Positions 17,233-26,994 of a stretch of 64,000 bases of DNA are shown here, in pieces; position 1 is the first letter of the stretch, and every line of letters begins with the position of its first letter. The translations under genes were made by a program, and so were the position numbers. Where the stretch lies: positions 6,703 through 70,702 of the forward strand of contig CAIMDI010000010.1 of NCBI GenBank assembly GCA_903839695.1, in the 5' to 3' direction. The notes beneath the pieces are model-generated. The model did no database searches, was not told the origin of the DNA, and saw only the letters and a list, made by a program, of their open reading frames with translations. The stretch comes from Candidatus Tayloriibacteriota bacterium (lineage in GTDB: Bacteria > Patescibacteriota > Minisyncoccia > Phycocordibacterales > PALSA-1337).

Positions 17233-18648
17233 ATGAAATATATATCATTAAATACAAACCAAATTGCAGCAAAAATACTATTAGCTTCACTTATTGCGCT
17301 AACGATTTTTACTGTGTTCAAACCAAAACAAGCAAATGCCGGTTTCAATTTTATGAGACTGATAGATCCTCTTTGTTTGACTTGTGATAATGATAATACA
17401 AAGACAACAATTGTTACTCAAGTTGTTCCTGCTCCTCCAGTTATAACTAAACCTGTTCATTATGGTGGTGGTACAATCCCGATATATACATATCCAACAC
17501 CTACATATCCATCTACTCCTACTTATCCTACAAATAATTACAGCCAACTTTATGCTTATTGTTACCCGATATATTCTCAAGGAAAAGTTGGAGCCAATAT
17601 GACATGGGTAGTTTCTTCTAGTGGAGGAAATGGAAATTATTATACTACTTGGTCTGGAAACGATGGTCTTTCTGGTTATGGATCTAGTATAAGTAAAATA
17701 TATTATAATACTGGATCAAAGTATGCATCAGCCAATGTAACATCTGGTAATCAGTCTGTTAATGCAAATTGTACATCAAATATTGAGATTTACGATAACA
17801 ATAACAATTACAATAATAATTACAATAATAACTACAATAACAATAATAATTATAATAACTACAATAATTATTCTCCAGTTTATGTTTCTTGTTCAGCAAA
17901 TACAACTTCTATATCTAAAGGTTCAAATGTAGTATGGCAAGCATATCCTACAGGTGGTAATGGTTACTTTACTTATTATTGGTCTGGTACAGATTCTTTA
18001 AGTGGATACTCAAGTTCAATAAATACATTTTATAATAGTGTTGGTCTTAAAAATGCCAGTGTCACTGTCACTTCAAATGGTCAATCAGTAACACAAATGT
18101 GTTCAAATTACGTAAACGTTACTTCTCCATATACAAGTGTCGTAAACAATACAAATCAAAATAACGGTACATTGCAAGTAGCTTGTTTCCCAGATAAAAC
18201 AACAGCTAGAACTGGCGCTATAGTCACATGGGGTGTAGAAGCCATAGGAGGAAATAATATTTTTACTTATTCATGGACTGGTACAGATGGATTATCAAGT
18301 AATCAATCTTCAGTAGCTACCGAATATGGTTCAACAGGATCAAAAAGTGCTACTGTAACTGTTTCATCAAATGGGCAGTCTATAACTCAAGCATGCGGTG
18401 GTAAGGTAAATATTGTATCTGGTAGTACAGGAAATAATGCAAATAATGGTACAAGTAGAAATAATACAAACACAAATACAAATACAAATAAGGCTTCAGT
18501 AAGTTCTCAAGATCAACAAGATAATTCTTTATCAGCAGCATCACTATTCTCATTAAAAAATATTCCATGGGGCTGGGTGGCTGTACTTGTTATATTGGTG
18601 CTTATGTTTACAGTTATGTACCTTATATTCAATAGAAATAAGATATAA
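17233..18648 (+). CDS. cell-surface protein. Signal peptide, three tandem Cys-bounded ~90-aa domains, a poly-N/Y linker and a C-terminal TM anchor.
   Basis: Three repeats each carry the pattern C..(x)..VxW.V...GGNG.YxYxWSGxDGLSGYxSSI...Y...G.K.A.V.V.S.GQSV...C. C-terminal WGWVAVLVILVLMFTVMYLIF. Confidence 0.5.
   Translation: MKYISLNTNQIAAKILLASLIALTIFTVFKPKQANAGFNFMRLIDPLCLTCDNDNTKTTIVTQVVPAPPVITKPVHYGGGTIPIYTYPTPTYPSTPTYPTNNYSQLYAYCYPIYSQGKVGANMTWVVSSSGGNGNYYTTWSGNDGLSGYGSSISKIYYNTGSKYASANVTSGNQSVNANCTSNIEIYDNNNNYNNNYNNNYNNNNNYNNYNNYSPVYVSCSANTTSISKGSNVVWQAYPTGGNGYFTYYWSGTDSLSGYSSSINTFYNSVGLKNASVTVTSNGQSVTQMCSNYVNVTSPYTSVVNNTNQNNGTLQVACFPDKTTARTGAIVTWGVEAIGGNNIFTYSWTGTDGLSSNQSSVATEYGSTGSKSATVTVSSNGQSITQACGGKVNIVSGSTGNNANNGTSRNNTNTNTNTNKASVSSQDQQDNSLSAASLFSLKNIPWGWVAVLVILVLMFTVMYLIFNRNKI
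17795..17870 (+). repeat. AAT/TAC-rich microsatellite-like tract encoding (N/Y)n low-complexity linker
   Basis: aataacaattacaataataattacaataataactacaataacaataataattataataactacaataat. Confidence 0.6.
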
Positions 18649-18708
18649 ATAAAAGACTAAAGAGAACGGGTGTTGCTCCAAATATAATACAGTCTAAATA
18701 AACAAAAA

Positions 18709-18734
18709 CTCCTTCATATAGAAGGGGTTTTTGT
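18709..18734. terminator. bidirectional hairpin terminator between the repeat-protein gene (+) and thrS (-)
   Basis: CTCCTTCatataGAAGGGG hairpin, flanked by an A-run upstream and a T-run downstream. Confidence 0.5.
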
Positions 18735-18751
18735 TTGCTAATATATTAATC

Positions 18752-20506
18752 CTATTTTCTCTCTTTAATCTCTATAAGTAATTTTTCTAGTATTTCCTTT
18801 TCGGTCAATTGGCCAATCTGTCCAGCGTCACGACTCTCAAGAGTAGCTTTGCCAACCGCCAAGTCTTTGTCACCAACAATAATGAAATAAGGTGCTCTGG
18901 AAACTTTCGCTTGACGAATCTTTTTGCCAAAACCGTCTTTAGATAAATCTGTTTCAACTCTGATCATGTTTGAATGGAGTAAATCATGTATTTCTATAGC
19001 CTTGGCATGATGTGCTTCAGAAACTGGTATAACTTTGACTTGTACAGGGGCGAGCCATAATGGCATATTTCCACCATAATGTTCGATTAGGAAGCCCATA
19101 AAGCGCTCATGAGTTCCAAGTGGTGCTCGGTGAATACACAATGGAGTTCTTTCTTTGCCTTCATTGTCGGTATAAACTAGACTAAATCTTTTGGGTACAG
19201 CGAAGTCGACTTGATTCGTTGCCAATGTGAATTCGCGACCAATAGCGCTCCAAACTTGAACATCTATTTTAGGACCATAAAAAGCAGCTTCATTTGGAAC
19301 TTCGATGTATGGAATTTTTGAATCAATTAATACTTGTCTTACCATATCCTCTGTTTTTTTCCATAATTCAGGATCATTAACAAATTTTTCACCAAGTCTT
19401 TTTGGGTCGTGTGTAGAGAATCGCATTATGTATTTTTCAACTCCAAATATTTTGAAGTATTGAATATACATTTCGTTTACTGCTCGAAATTCGTCAGCAA
19501 ACTGCTCTTCGGTACAGTAAATATGTGCATCATTCATTTGCATCATACGTACACGCATTAATCCAAATAACTCACCAGATTTTTCATGCCTATAACAAGT
19601 ACCATATTCGGCGAGTCTTAATGGTAGATTCTTATAACTTCTCTGTTCTGCAGAAAAAATTTTGTGATGATGTGGACAATTCATCGCTTTTAAATAATAT
19701 TTACCACCCTCGTATTCCATAGGTGGAAACATGCTTTCCTCATAATACGGTAAATGACCACTCATTTTGTACATAGACTCTTTTGCTAGATGTGGAGTTC
19801 TAACACGATGATAATTCATTTTAAACTCAGTTTCTTTTGCGAGTTTTTCAAGTTCTTCTATCATAGCTGTACCATTTGGTAACCAAAGTGGAAGGCCAGG
19901 TCCAACATCTTCGTCGAAAGTGTATATTCCCATTTCTTTTCCGATTTTTCTATGATCTCTTTTTTCTGCTTCTACTCGCATTGTTTCGTAATCATCCAAT
20001 TCCAATTTTGATCCGAATGCTAGTCCATATATTCTCGTCAGCATTTTATTGTCTTCACTTCCTCTCCAGTATGCACCTGCAACTCGAGAAAGTTTGAATG
20101 AATCATGCGGAATTTCTTTTGCTGGATTTTCTGAATGTCCTCCACGGCAAAGATCTGTAAAATTACCACATGTGTAAAGAGTAATTTTTTCTCCTTTTTT
20201 AATGATTTCATCGATTAATTCAAGTTTGTATGGATTGTCTTTAAAATGTTCTTTTGCTTCTGATTCTGTAACTTCTTTATGTGTAAATTTTGTCCATGAC
20301 TTTAGATGGCCTTTCATCTTTTTTTCTATATTTACTAAGTCTTTTTCAGAAATTTTTATATCAGCTGGGAACTCGAAGTCATAATAGAAACCATCATCAA
20401 CGGCTGGTCCGATAGTGTTTTTTGTTCCAGGATAAATATCCAATACAGCAGAAGCTAATAAATGTGCCAGAGTATGGCGAATGTTGGGTAATTGTTCATT
20501 TTTCAT
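18752..20506 (-). CDS. thrS: threonine--tRNA ligase (short form lacking the N-terminal TGS domain)
   Basis: N-terminal IRHTLAHLLASAVLDIYPGTKNTIGPAVDDGFYYDF (second additional domain) and class II core HRGSEDNKMLTRIYG. C-terminal anticodon-binding domain. Confidence 0.9.
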   Translation of the reverse strand: MKNEQLPNIRHTLAHLLASAVLDIYPGTKNTIGPAVDDGFYYDFEFPADIKISEKDLVNIEKKMKGHLKSWTKFTHKEVTESEAKEHFKDNPYKLELIDEIIKKGEKITLYTCGNFTDLCRGGHSENPAKEIPHDSFKLSRVAGAYWRGSEDNKMLTRIYGLAFGSKLELDDYETMRVEAEKRDHRKIGKEMGIYTFDEDVGPGLPLWLPNGTAMIEELEKLAKETEFKMNYHRVRTPHLAKESMYKMSGHLPYYEESMFPPMEYEGGKYYLKAMNCPHHHKIFSAEQRSYKNLPLRLAEYGTCYRHEKSGELFGLMRVRMMQMNDAHIYCTEEQFADEFRAVNEMYIQYFKIFGVEKYIMRFSTHDPKRLGEKFVNDPELWKKTEDMVRQVLIDSKIPYIEVPNEAAFYGPKIDVQVWSAIGREFTLATNQVDFAVPKRFSLVYTDNEGKERTPLCIHRAPLGTHERFMGFLIEHYGGNMPLWLAPVQVKVIPVSEAHHAKAIEIHDLLHSNMIRVETDLSKDGFGKKIRQAKVSRAPYFIIVGDKDLAVGKATLESRDAGQIGQLTEKEILEKLLIEIKERK

Positions 20507-20569
20507 ATTAGAATAATAGCAGATTAATGAAGGAGATAAAAGGTGTTGACATGTATAGCTTATTGATTC

Positions 20570-23500
20570 TTATTCTAATACTTTAACTCTTTCTACGATC
20601 ATACTTTTTTGACCATTTCGTTCTGACATTTTTCCTTTAACTGCGATGCATTTGTCAGGCACAAAGGCATTCTTAAATTCAAAGAGTATGCGAGGGAAGA
20701 CAACAGTTTCTAAGTCTCCAGAAAAGTCTGCTACTTTTACAAAAGCCATTAAATCACCTTTCTTTGTATTGATTGGTTTTATTTCCTCAACAATGCATGC
20801 AATTGTAAATTCCTCACCGTCTATTAACGTTTCTTTTGCGTTTTTAATATTCATATCTCTTTTTGATATAATTTCTTTATAGCGATCAAGGGGATGACCA
20901 GAGATATACAATCCAAGTAACTCCTTTTCCCAAGCAAGTTTTTCCCTAATCTCAGCATTTGGCACTTCAGCAAGTTTTAATTGAGGAATCGAAGATGTAT
21001 CTGTCATAAGACCAAATAATGATTCTTGATTTTCTGTGTTTTTATCTTTCTCTTTATTATATGCAAGAATAGTTTCGACATTACCCATAAGAATTCCACG
21101 ATCAATACCAAAATTATCTAATGCACCTACTTTGATTAATGCTTCAAGAGATTTTTTATTTAAATTCCTATCTTTTACTCTATCAAGAAAGTCAGAAAGA
21201 GATTTGAATTTACCATTTCTTTTTCTTTCGTCAATTATGGCTGTAGCAATACCCTGGCCAAAGTTTTTTATTGTTACTAATCCAAAGCGAATAGTATCTT
21301 TATTTTCTCCCTCACGTTTTACCACGGTGAATTGACTAAAGCTTTCATTAATATCTGGAGGTAAAATAGGTATTTGCATTCTTTTACATTCACCAATTAT
21401 TTCTGCAATTTTTTCTACATCACCAGAATCCGCTGTTAGAACTGCGGACATATAAATAGCGGGGAAATTGGCCTTCATATAGGCTGTTTGATATGCTACG
21501 CGACCGTAGGATGCAGCGTGGGAATTATGTACTACAAAATCATTTGCAATAAAATTGTGATCAGGTGGAACTGTTAAATCATACGTCATTTCTTTTGCAG
21601 ACTTTTTTATCGAAACTATTTCATCCCAATATATATCAGAATTAGCTAAATTAATTAATTCCTCTGATTTTAACTCCATACCAATTATATTAATAGTTCC
21701 TCTTTGAAAACCGATTTTATTTTTATCAAAGGAAAATATCCTCTTTGATAATCCTAGTTTTTCCGAAATACTATTTACAGAAATATTTTTTTCAAGCATT
21801 ATTTTTCTAATATAAACTAATACCATCGCAGGAATTATATCCTTTGTTCCTCTTGCGGGATTGTCTGAAAGATGATCAGTGTTTTTCGCTAAAATGATCA
21901 TATCTAATTTCTTTTTGCCAATTAAATGTTTGCCAATTCCACTTTTAAATTTTACTAAGTTAATTCTTCCAGAGACAACTATGGTATATCCAAGTTTATA
22001 TCCATTTTTGTATTTAAATTTTTTATTATGAATAGTTGAAATGATTCCAAGTCTCAGTAATAGATGTTGAGTATCTGTTGATAACTTGTACGAACTAGTG
22101 GCGTAATATACTTGTTGGTTTTTTATACTGATACAACCGTCCCCTTGCCACATTTTACCCAACAGAATTTCCAATGACTCCTTGTTATACTCAAAAGCAA
22201 ATTTAGGAATATATTTTTCCGTTGCTTTATGATATGAAAGCCCCATTTCTTTTATCCATTGAAATATAGAATTGCCGTCTTTATTATTATTTTGACCACA
22301 ATATACAGCAATTGCCGCTTTACTTTTATCAATAGTAAATTTTATATTTTTAAATATACTTGCATTTTTAATAAAATCATTAACTTCATTTTCTTGTTTT
22401 GAATAGAAATAGATTCCATGAGGATGGCAAAAATTACCTTCTGAAATTAAATAACCCAGACTCGCTGCTTTCTCTGGTTCGGAGATTTTGCCGAGTATTT
22501 TCTCTAAAGTTCTTGGTACAGCTATTCTTTGTCCAACTTTTAATTCTCCAAGATTAGTCCAACCACTAAATGTTAGGAATGGATGATTTTCTGTTGCTTT
22601 TATATTCTTGCCAAGTCTAGTCTTTAATTCAAATATATTTTTAATACCGTTTTCCATTACGGCACTTATTTGATTTGACTTAAGTGAATGCTTTGAAGAT
22701 AAAGAAAGTATTTTTAGTTTTAAATTATTTTCATATATTTCCTTCGCCGTGTGAATTTGTCCTGTGTTAGAGTTTACTATTTTTGTATCTCCGACTATAC
22801 ATTTATTGAATCCATACGCAGCGAAAGGTTCAATAAGCTTCCATAATTGATTTGCTTTTGTTTTTGCCATTCCATTTTTTACTAAACCAGAAAGCAATTT
22901 TTCTTTTTGTTCCTCCATGTCTTTGGGAATTTTTTTACCCATAGCCTTTCGGAGCTTATCAGCCTCCAACCAAGAATATCCGCCAAGCTTGATGGCTATC
23001 ATCATAACGTCATCCTGATATGTAATAACTCCATAAGACATATCAAGTATATCTTTCATTCTAGGGTCTAAATATTCTATTTTGGTATTATCATGTTTTC
23101 TTTCAATATATTGAGGTATGGATTCTATCGGGCCTGGGCGATACAATGCCACCATAGCGTTAATATCATGTACTCTAGATGGTTTTAGTTCAACAAGGAA
23201 TTTGGTCATTCCTGCTCCGTTTAATTGAAATAGACCTATAGTCTCACCTCGAGCTAGCATTTCAAAAGTTTTTTTATCATCCAAAGGTATATTCTCGATA
23301 TCAATCAATTTATTTTCAATTTTTTTAACTCTTTCAACTGCATCGGCAAGTATTGAAAGATTTTTTATTCCTAGAAAGTCAAATTTTAAAAGCCCGACAC
23401 CATCTTCACCAACTGCATGCATATCATATTGAGTTATGATTTTTTTGGTTCCATCTTCTTTGCCTTTTGTATCGTATTGAAGTGGTACATGTTCTGTTAA

Positions 23501-25159
23501 TGGATCTGGAGAAATAACCACACCTGCTGCGTGAACAGAAATGTGTCTTGCACATCCTTCAATTTTTTTTGCCATATCAATAATTCGTTTTGTATCTGTT
23601 TCTCTGTCGTATGCGTCTTTTAATTCAGAAACTTCAGTTAAGGCTCTATCTATAGTCATTGGAAAACCTTGCGCACCCATTGGAATTAATTTAGAAATTC
23701 TATCAGCAATATCATAAGGATAACCCATAGCTCTGGCTACGTCTCTTACTGCACCTCTTGCCATCATTGTTCCGAATGTACCGATTTGTGCAACTTTATC
23801 ATGACCGTATTTTTTGCGTGTATATTCTATAACCTCATCGCGTCTATTATCGGCAAAGTCCATATCAATATCAGGTGCCGAAGGTCTTTCAGGATTTAGA
23901 AATCTTTCAAAGGGAAGTTTGTATGCTAATGGATCTACATTGGTAATTTTCGTTAAATATGTAGTAAGTGAACCTGCAACCGATCCTCGAATATTAGTTA
24001 GAATTCCATTTTCATGTGCATATCTTAATAAATCAGATACCACAAGAAAATATTGTGCATATCCTTTATTTTTTATAATCATTAATTCGTATTCAAGTCT
24101 ATCAACAACTTCTTTTGTGGGACTAAGGCCTCGAATGGGAATACCCTCGTATGCCAATCTTTTTAATTCATCATCATGAGATAGTCCACTTTCAACTATG
24201 AAATTTGGAAAATACCATTTACCCAAAGTAATATCTAAATTACACATTTCTGCAATTTTTATTGTATTTGCAATGGCTTCAGGAATATCTTTAAATAATT
24301 CTTCAGCTTTTTCTTGAGAAATGAAAGAAAAATCTTCTTCATCTTCAGAATTATTCATTCCACCACCAGCAGAATTTCTATCAGATATATCACCTGATGT
24401 ATTTACAAGCATTAATGTATCACGAGCTTCTCTATCTTCTTGATGTAAATAATATACATCGTGACCAGCAACTATTGGTGTATTGGTTTGACGTGCAATT
24501 TTAATTAATTCCTGCATAAGATTTTCATGTCCTTGAATCTCTGGATGACGTGTAATTTCAATATAAAAATTATCTTCACCGTATGTTTTTTTGTAAAAAT
24601 TTATAGTCTCAATTGCCTTATCAATATTTTTTGATTTTATGGCTTGTGATATTTCACTAGAAAAGGATGGTGAAATGCAAATTAAATTATCTTTGTATTT
24701 TTCTATAAGTTCTTTATCAATACGAGGTTTGTAATAAAAACCTTCTAGATTTGAATCTGTCACTAATTTGATTAAATTCTTGTAGCCATCATAATTTTTG
24801 GCAAGTAAAATATGGCGTGTTCGGCGATTGTCTATTCCTGCTTGCATATCTTTCCTTCCTCTCAATGCCATGTAAAAGTCTACACCCAATATAGGCTTTA
24901 TACCTTTCTTTTTACATCGCTGATAGAATTCTATAGCACCATAAAGGTTTCCAGCATCAGTTAATGCCAGCGCTGTCATGTTTTGTTTTATAGCTTCGTC
25001 TACCAAATCATCTATTTTAGGAAGGGCATTGAGCAATGAATAATGACTGTGAGTATGTAGATGAATGAATTTGGACATATTACCATTATAGCAAATATCG
25101 TAGGTTATCCCCAAGTTCTTAAGATTTGATAAATTATTTGCAAAATTTGCTATGGACAA
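20570..25159 (-). CDS. dnaE: DNA polymerase III alpha subunit, interrupted in-frame by an intein
   Basis: PHP domain HLHTHSHYSLL. Polymerase core. The conserved GFNK|SHAASY block is split by a 426-aa insertion. OB-fold C-terminus. Confidence 0.9.
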   Translation of the reverse strand: MSIANFANNLSNLKNLGITYDICYNGNMSKFIHLHTHSHYSLLNALPKIDDLVDEAIKQNMTALALTDAGNLYGAIEFYQRCKKKGIKPILGVDFYMALRGRKDMQAGIDNRRTRHILLAKNYDGYKNLIKLVTDSNLEGFYYKPRIDKELIEKYKDNLICISPSFSSEISQAIKSKNIDKAIETINFYKKTYGEDNFYIEITRHPEIQGHENLMQELIKIARQTNTPIVAGHDVYYLHQEDREARDTLMLVNTSGDISDRNSAGGGMNNSEDEEDFSFISQEKAEELFKDIPEAIANTIKIAEMCNLDITLGKWYFPNFIVESGLSHDDELKRLAYEGIPIRGLSPTKEVVDRLEYELMIIKNKGYAQYFLVVSDLLRYAHENGILTNIRGSVAGSLTTYLTKITNVDPLAYKLPFERFLNPERPSAPDIDMDFADNRRDEVIEYTRKKYGHDKVAQIGTFGTMMARGAVRDVARAMGYPYDIADRISKLIPMGAQGFPMTIDRALTEVSELKDAYDRETDTKRIIDMAKKIEGCARHISVHAAGVVISPDPLTEHVPLQYDTKGKEDGTKKIITQYDMHAVGEDGVGLLKFDFLGIKNLSILADAVERVKKIENKLIDIENIPLDDKKTFEMLARGETIGLFQLNGAGMTKFLVELKPSRVHDINAMVALYRPGPIESIPQYIERKHDNTKIEYLDPRMKDILDMSYGVITYQDDVMMIAIKLGGYSWLEADKLRKAMGKKIPKDMEEQKEKLLSGLVKNGMAKTKANQLWKLIEPFAAYGFNKCIVGDTKIVNSNTGQIHTAKEIYENNLKLKILSLSSKHSLKSNQISAVMENGIKNIFELKTRLGKNIKATENHPFLTFSGWTNLGELKVGQRIAVPRTLEKILGKISEPEKAASLGYLISEGNFCHPHGIYFYSKQENEVNDFIKNASIFKNIKFTIDKSKAAIAVYCGQNNNKDGNSIFQWIKEMGLSYHKATEKYIPKFAFEYNKESLEILLGKMWQGDGCISIKNQQVYYATSSYKLSTDTQHLLLRLGIISTIHNKKFKYKNGYKLGYTIVVSGRINLVKFKSGIGKHLIGKKKLDMIILAKNTDHLSDNPARGTKDIIPAMVLVYIRKIMLEKNISVNSISEKLGLSKRIFSFDKNKIGFQRGTINIIGMELKSEELINLANSDIYWDEIVSIKKSAKEMTYDLTVPPDHNFIANDFVVHNSHAASYGRVAYQTAYMKANFPAIYMSAVLTADSGDVEKIAEIIGECKRMQIPILPPDINESFSQFTVVKREGENKDTIRFGLVTIKNFGQGIATAIIDERKRNGKFKSLSDFLDRVKDRNLNKKSLEALIKVGALDNFGIDRGILMGNVETILAYNKEKDKNTENQESLFGLMTDTSSIPQLKLAEVPNAEIREKLAWEKELLGLYISGHPLDRYKEIISKRDMNIKNAKETLIDGEEFTIACIVEEIKPINTKKGDLMAFVKVADFSGDLETVVFPRILFEFKNAFVPDKCIAVKGKMSERNGQKSMIVERVKVLE
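21524..22801 (-). mobile_element. intein (426 aa) with a LAGLIDADG-type homing endonuclease domain inside dnaE
   Basis: Starts with Cys right after GFNK (CIVGDTKI). Block B is GKNIKATENHPFLT (TxxH). LAGLIDADG-like motifs LGYLISEGNF and LLGKMWQGDGCIS. Ends ...FVVHN, followed by Ser+1 of SHAASY. The boundaries are in frame (residues 787-1212). Confidence 0.8.
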
Positions 25160-25200
25160 TAGCTATTATATTGATAACATTGGTTGAAATGATAGTTTAA

Positions 25201-25818
25201 ATGAAAAAAGACTCAAAAAATAAAAATCTCTATAAATACCTCATTGGTATTGACGAAGTAGGTCGGGGACCTATAGCTGGTCCTGTGGCTGTTGGCGCTT
25301 TTGTATATCTCAAACCAGAAGCAAAAAAATATTTTCATGGCGTAAAAGAGTCAAAACAATTAACAGAAGAGAAAAGGGAAATTTGGTTTAGTAAAATAAA
25401 AAAAGCGAAGCAAGATGGTCTAATTGACTTTGCTGTGTCATTTCAAAATGAAAAAATAATTGATAAAAAAGGCATATCTTTTGCAATAAAAAAAGCTTTA
25501 GCGACTTCAGTATCTGTATTTAAGATAAAACCCGAAGAAGTTATGATTTTACTGGATGGCGGATTAAGGGCGCCTGCAGAATATACAAATCAAAAGACAA
25601 TTATTAAGGGAGATGTAAAGGAGCAGGTCATTGCCCTTGCATCTATTTGCGCAAAAGTAATGCGAGACAGAAAAATGATTGTATGGTCCAAAAAGTACAC
25701 AAAATACGGATTTGATAAAAATAAGGGCTATGGAACTAGTCAGCATTATGAAGCTATTAGGAAGTATGGACTTATCGATTTGCACAGGAGAAGTTTCTTG
25801 CAAAAATCCTTAATATAA
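25201..25818 (+). CDS. rnhB: ribonuclease HII
   Basis: GIDEVGRGPIAGPVAVGA catalytic motif. Confidence 0.85.
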   Translation: MKKDSKNKNLYKYLIGIDEVGRGPIAGPVAVGAFVYLKPEAKKYFHGVKESKQLTEEKREIWFSKIKKAKQDGLIDFAVSFQNEKIIDKKGISFAIKKALATSVSVFKIKPEEVMILLDGGLRAPAEYTNQKTIIKGDVKEQVIALASICAKVMRDRKMIVWSKKYTKYGFDKNKGYGTSQHYEAIRKYGLIDLHRRSFLQKSLI

Positions 25819-25835
25819 GCTAATATAATAAAACT

Positions 25836-26060
25836 ATGGTAAACCGAATGAGAGCAAATAGATCGCATCGCGATAATAGACGTTCACATCACGCTTTAGA
25901 TGATGTGCGACTTTCTAAATGCGCTAACTGCGGATCACAGCATATCAGACATACTATGTGTGATAAATGTGGTACTTACAGAGGCAAAAAGGTGATAGAC
26001 ATGACAGCATTAGTAGCAAAGAAAACATCGAAAAAGCAGAAAAAGGAGGTTAAGAAATAG
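25836..26060 (+). CDS. rpmF: 50S ribosomal protein L32 (with a lysine-rich C-terminal tail)
   Basis: RRSHHAL...CANCGSQHIRHTMCDKCGTYRG zinc-ribbon pattern of bL32. Confidence 0.75.
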   Translation: MVNRMRANRSHRDNRRSHHALDDVRLSKCANCGSQHIRHTMCDKCGTYRGKKVIDMTALVAKKTSKKQKKEVKK

Positions 26061-26089
26061 TTAAAAATTGGGTTCGTTCTTTATAAAAT

Positions 26090-26989
26090 ATGGCAAACAG
26101 ACATCTTTCAAGATCAGTAGTACTCCAATCACTCTTTGAGTGGGACTTTCGAGGTTGTCATAATGAAACTATAAAAGAAACAGTCACTCGTATATCGAAG
26201 GAATTTGCTCCTGGTATGAGTGATTTTTCTTTTGTTCAAGAATTAATAGATAGTATTTTGGCGAAAAAGAATGATTTGGATGAAGTTATTACCAAGGCCG
26301 CACCAGATTGGCCTTTAGACAAAATATCACTTATTGATAGAAATATTTTAAGAATTGGTTTATACGAATTACTTTTTGCAAATAGAGATGAAGTTCCAGC
26401 AAAAGTAGCTATAAATGAGGCTATTGAGTTGGCAAAAAGTTTTGGTGGTGAAAACAGTAGTAAATTCGTAAATGGAGTGTTGGGATCTGTTTATAAAGAA
26501 ATTGGAGAGCCTGGAAAAGATTCTATTTCAAAGAAAAAGAAAAAAATTGAAGATATTCCATACGAACAAATGCCGATACAAAATCTAGGCGGAGCTGTAG
26601 TATATTCTAGACATGAAGGAGAGATATATTTAGCTTTTGTTCATGATATATTTGGACATTGGACTTTGTCTAAGGGTAAAATTCCTGAAGGTGATGTAAA
26701 GATAGGTACAATTGCTAAAATTAAAGAGGAAATGGGATTGGATGTAGAAATAGTAGATGATTTAGGTGATAACGGTTATATTGCAAGTGATCCAGAAAAA
26801 GGAAAATTAAGAAAACACGTTCATTACTTTTTGGCTGAGTCAAAGTATGAAAATATAAAGCTAGCTCAAAAACCTGGTCTCGATGACGCTAAATGGTTCA
26901 AATTATCAGACATATTAGAATTAAATTTCTATAATGATATTTTACCAATAGTAACAAAAGCTATCACAATTTTGAATAAAAAAATATAA
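26090..26989 (+). CDS. nusB: NusB antitermination factor fused to a C-terminal Nudix-fold domain
   Basis: Residues 1-140 form the NusB fold (RHLSRSVVLQSLFEWDF...LIDRNILRIGLYELLF). Residues ~165-295 match a Nudix fold (GGAVVYSRHEGEIYLAFVH; GHWTLSKGKIPEGDVKIGTIAKIKEEMGL resembling the Nudix box; VHYFLAES; AKWFKLSDILEL). Confidence 0.65.
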   Translation: MANRHLSRSVVLQSLFEWDFRGCHNETIKETVTRISKEFAPGMSDFSFVQELIDSILAKKNDLDEVITKAAPDWPLDKISLIDRNILRIGLYELLFANRDEVPAKVAINEAIELAKSFGGENSSKFVNGVLGSVYKEIGEPGKDSISKKKKKIEDIPYEQMPIQNLGGAVVYSRHEGEIYLAFVHDIFGHWTLSKGKIPEGDVKIGTIAKIKEEMGLDVEIVDDLGDNGYIASDPEKGKLRKHVHYFLAESKYENIKLAQKPGLDDAKWFKLSDILELNFYNDILPIVTKAITILNKKI

Positions 26990-26994
26990 ATTCT

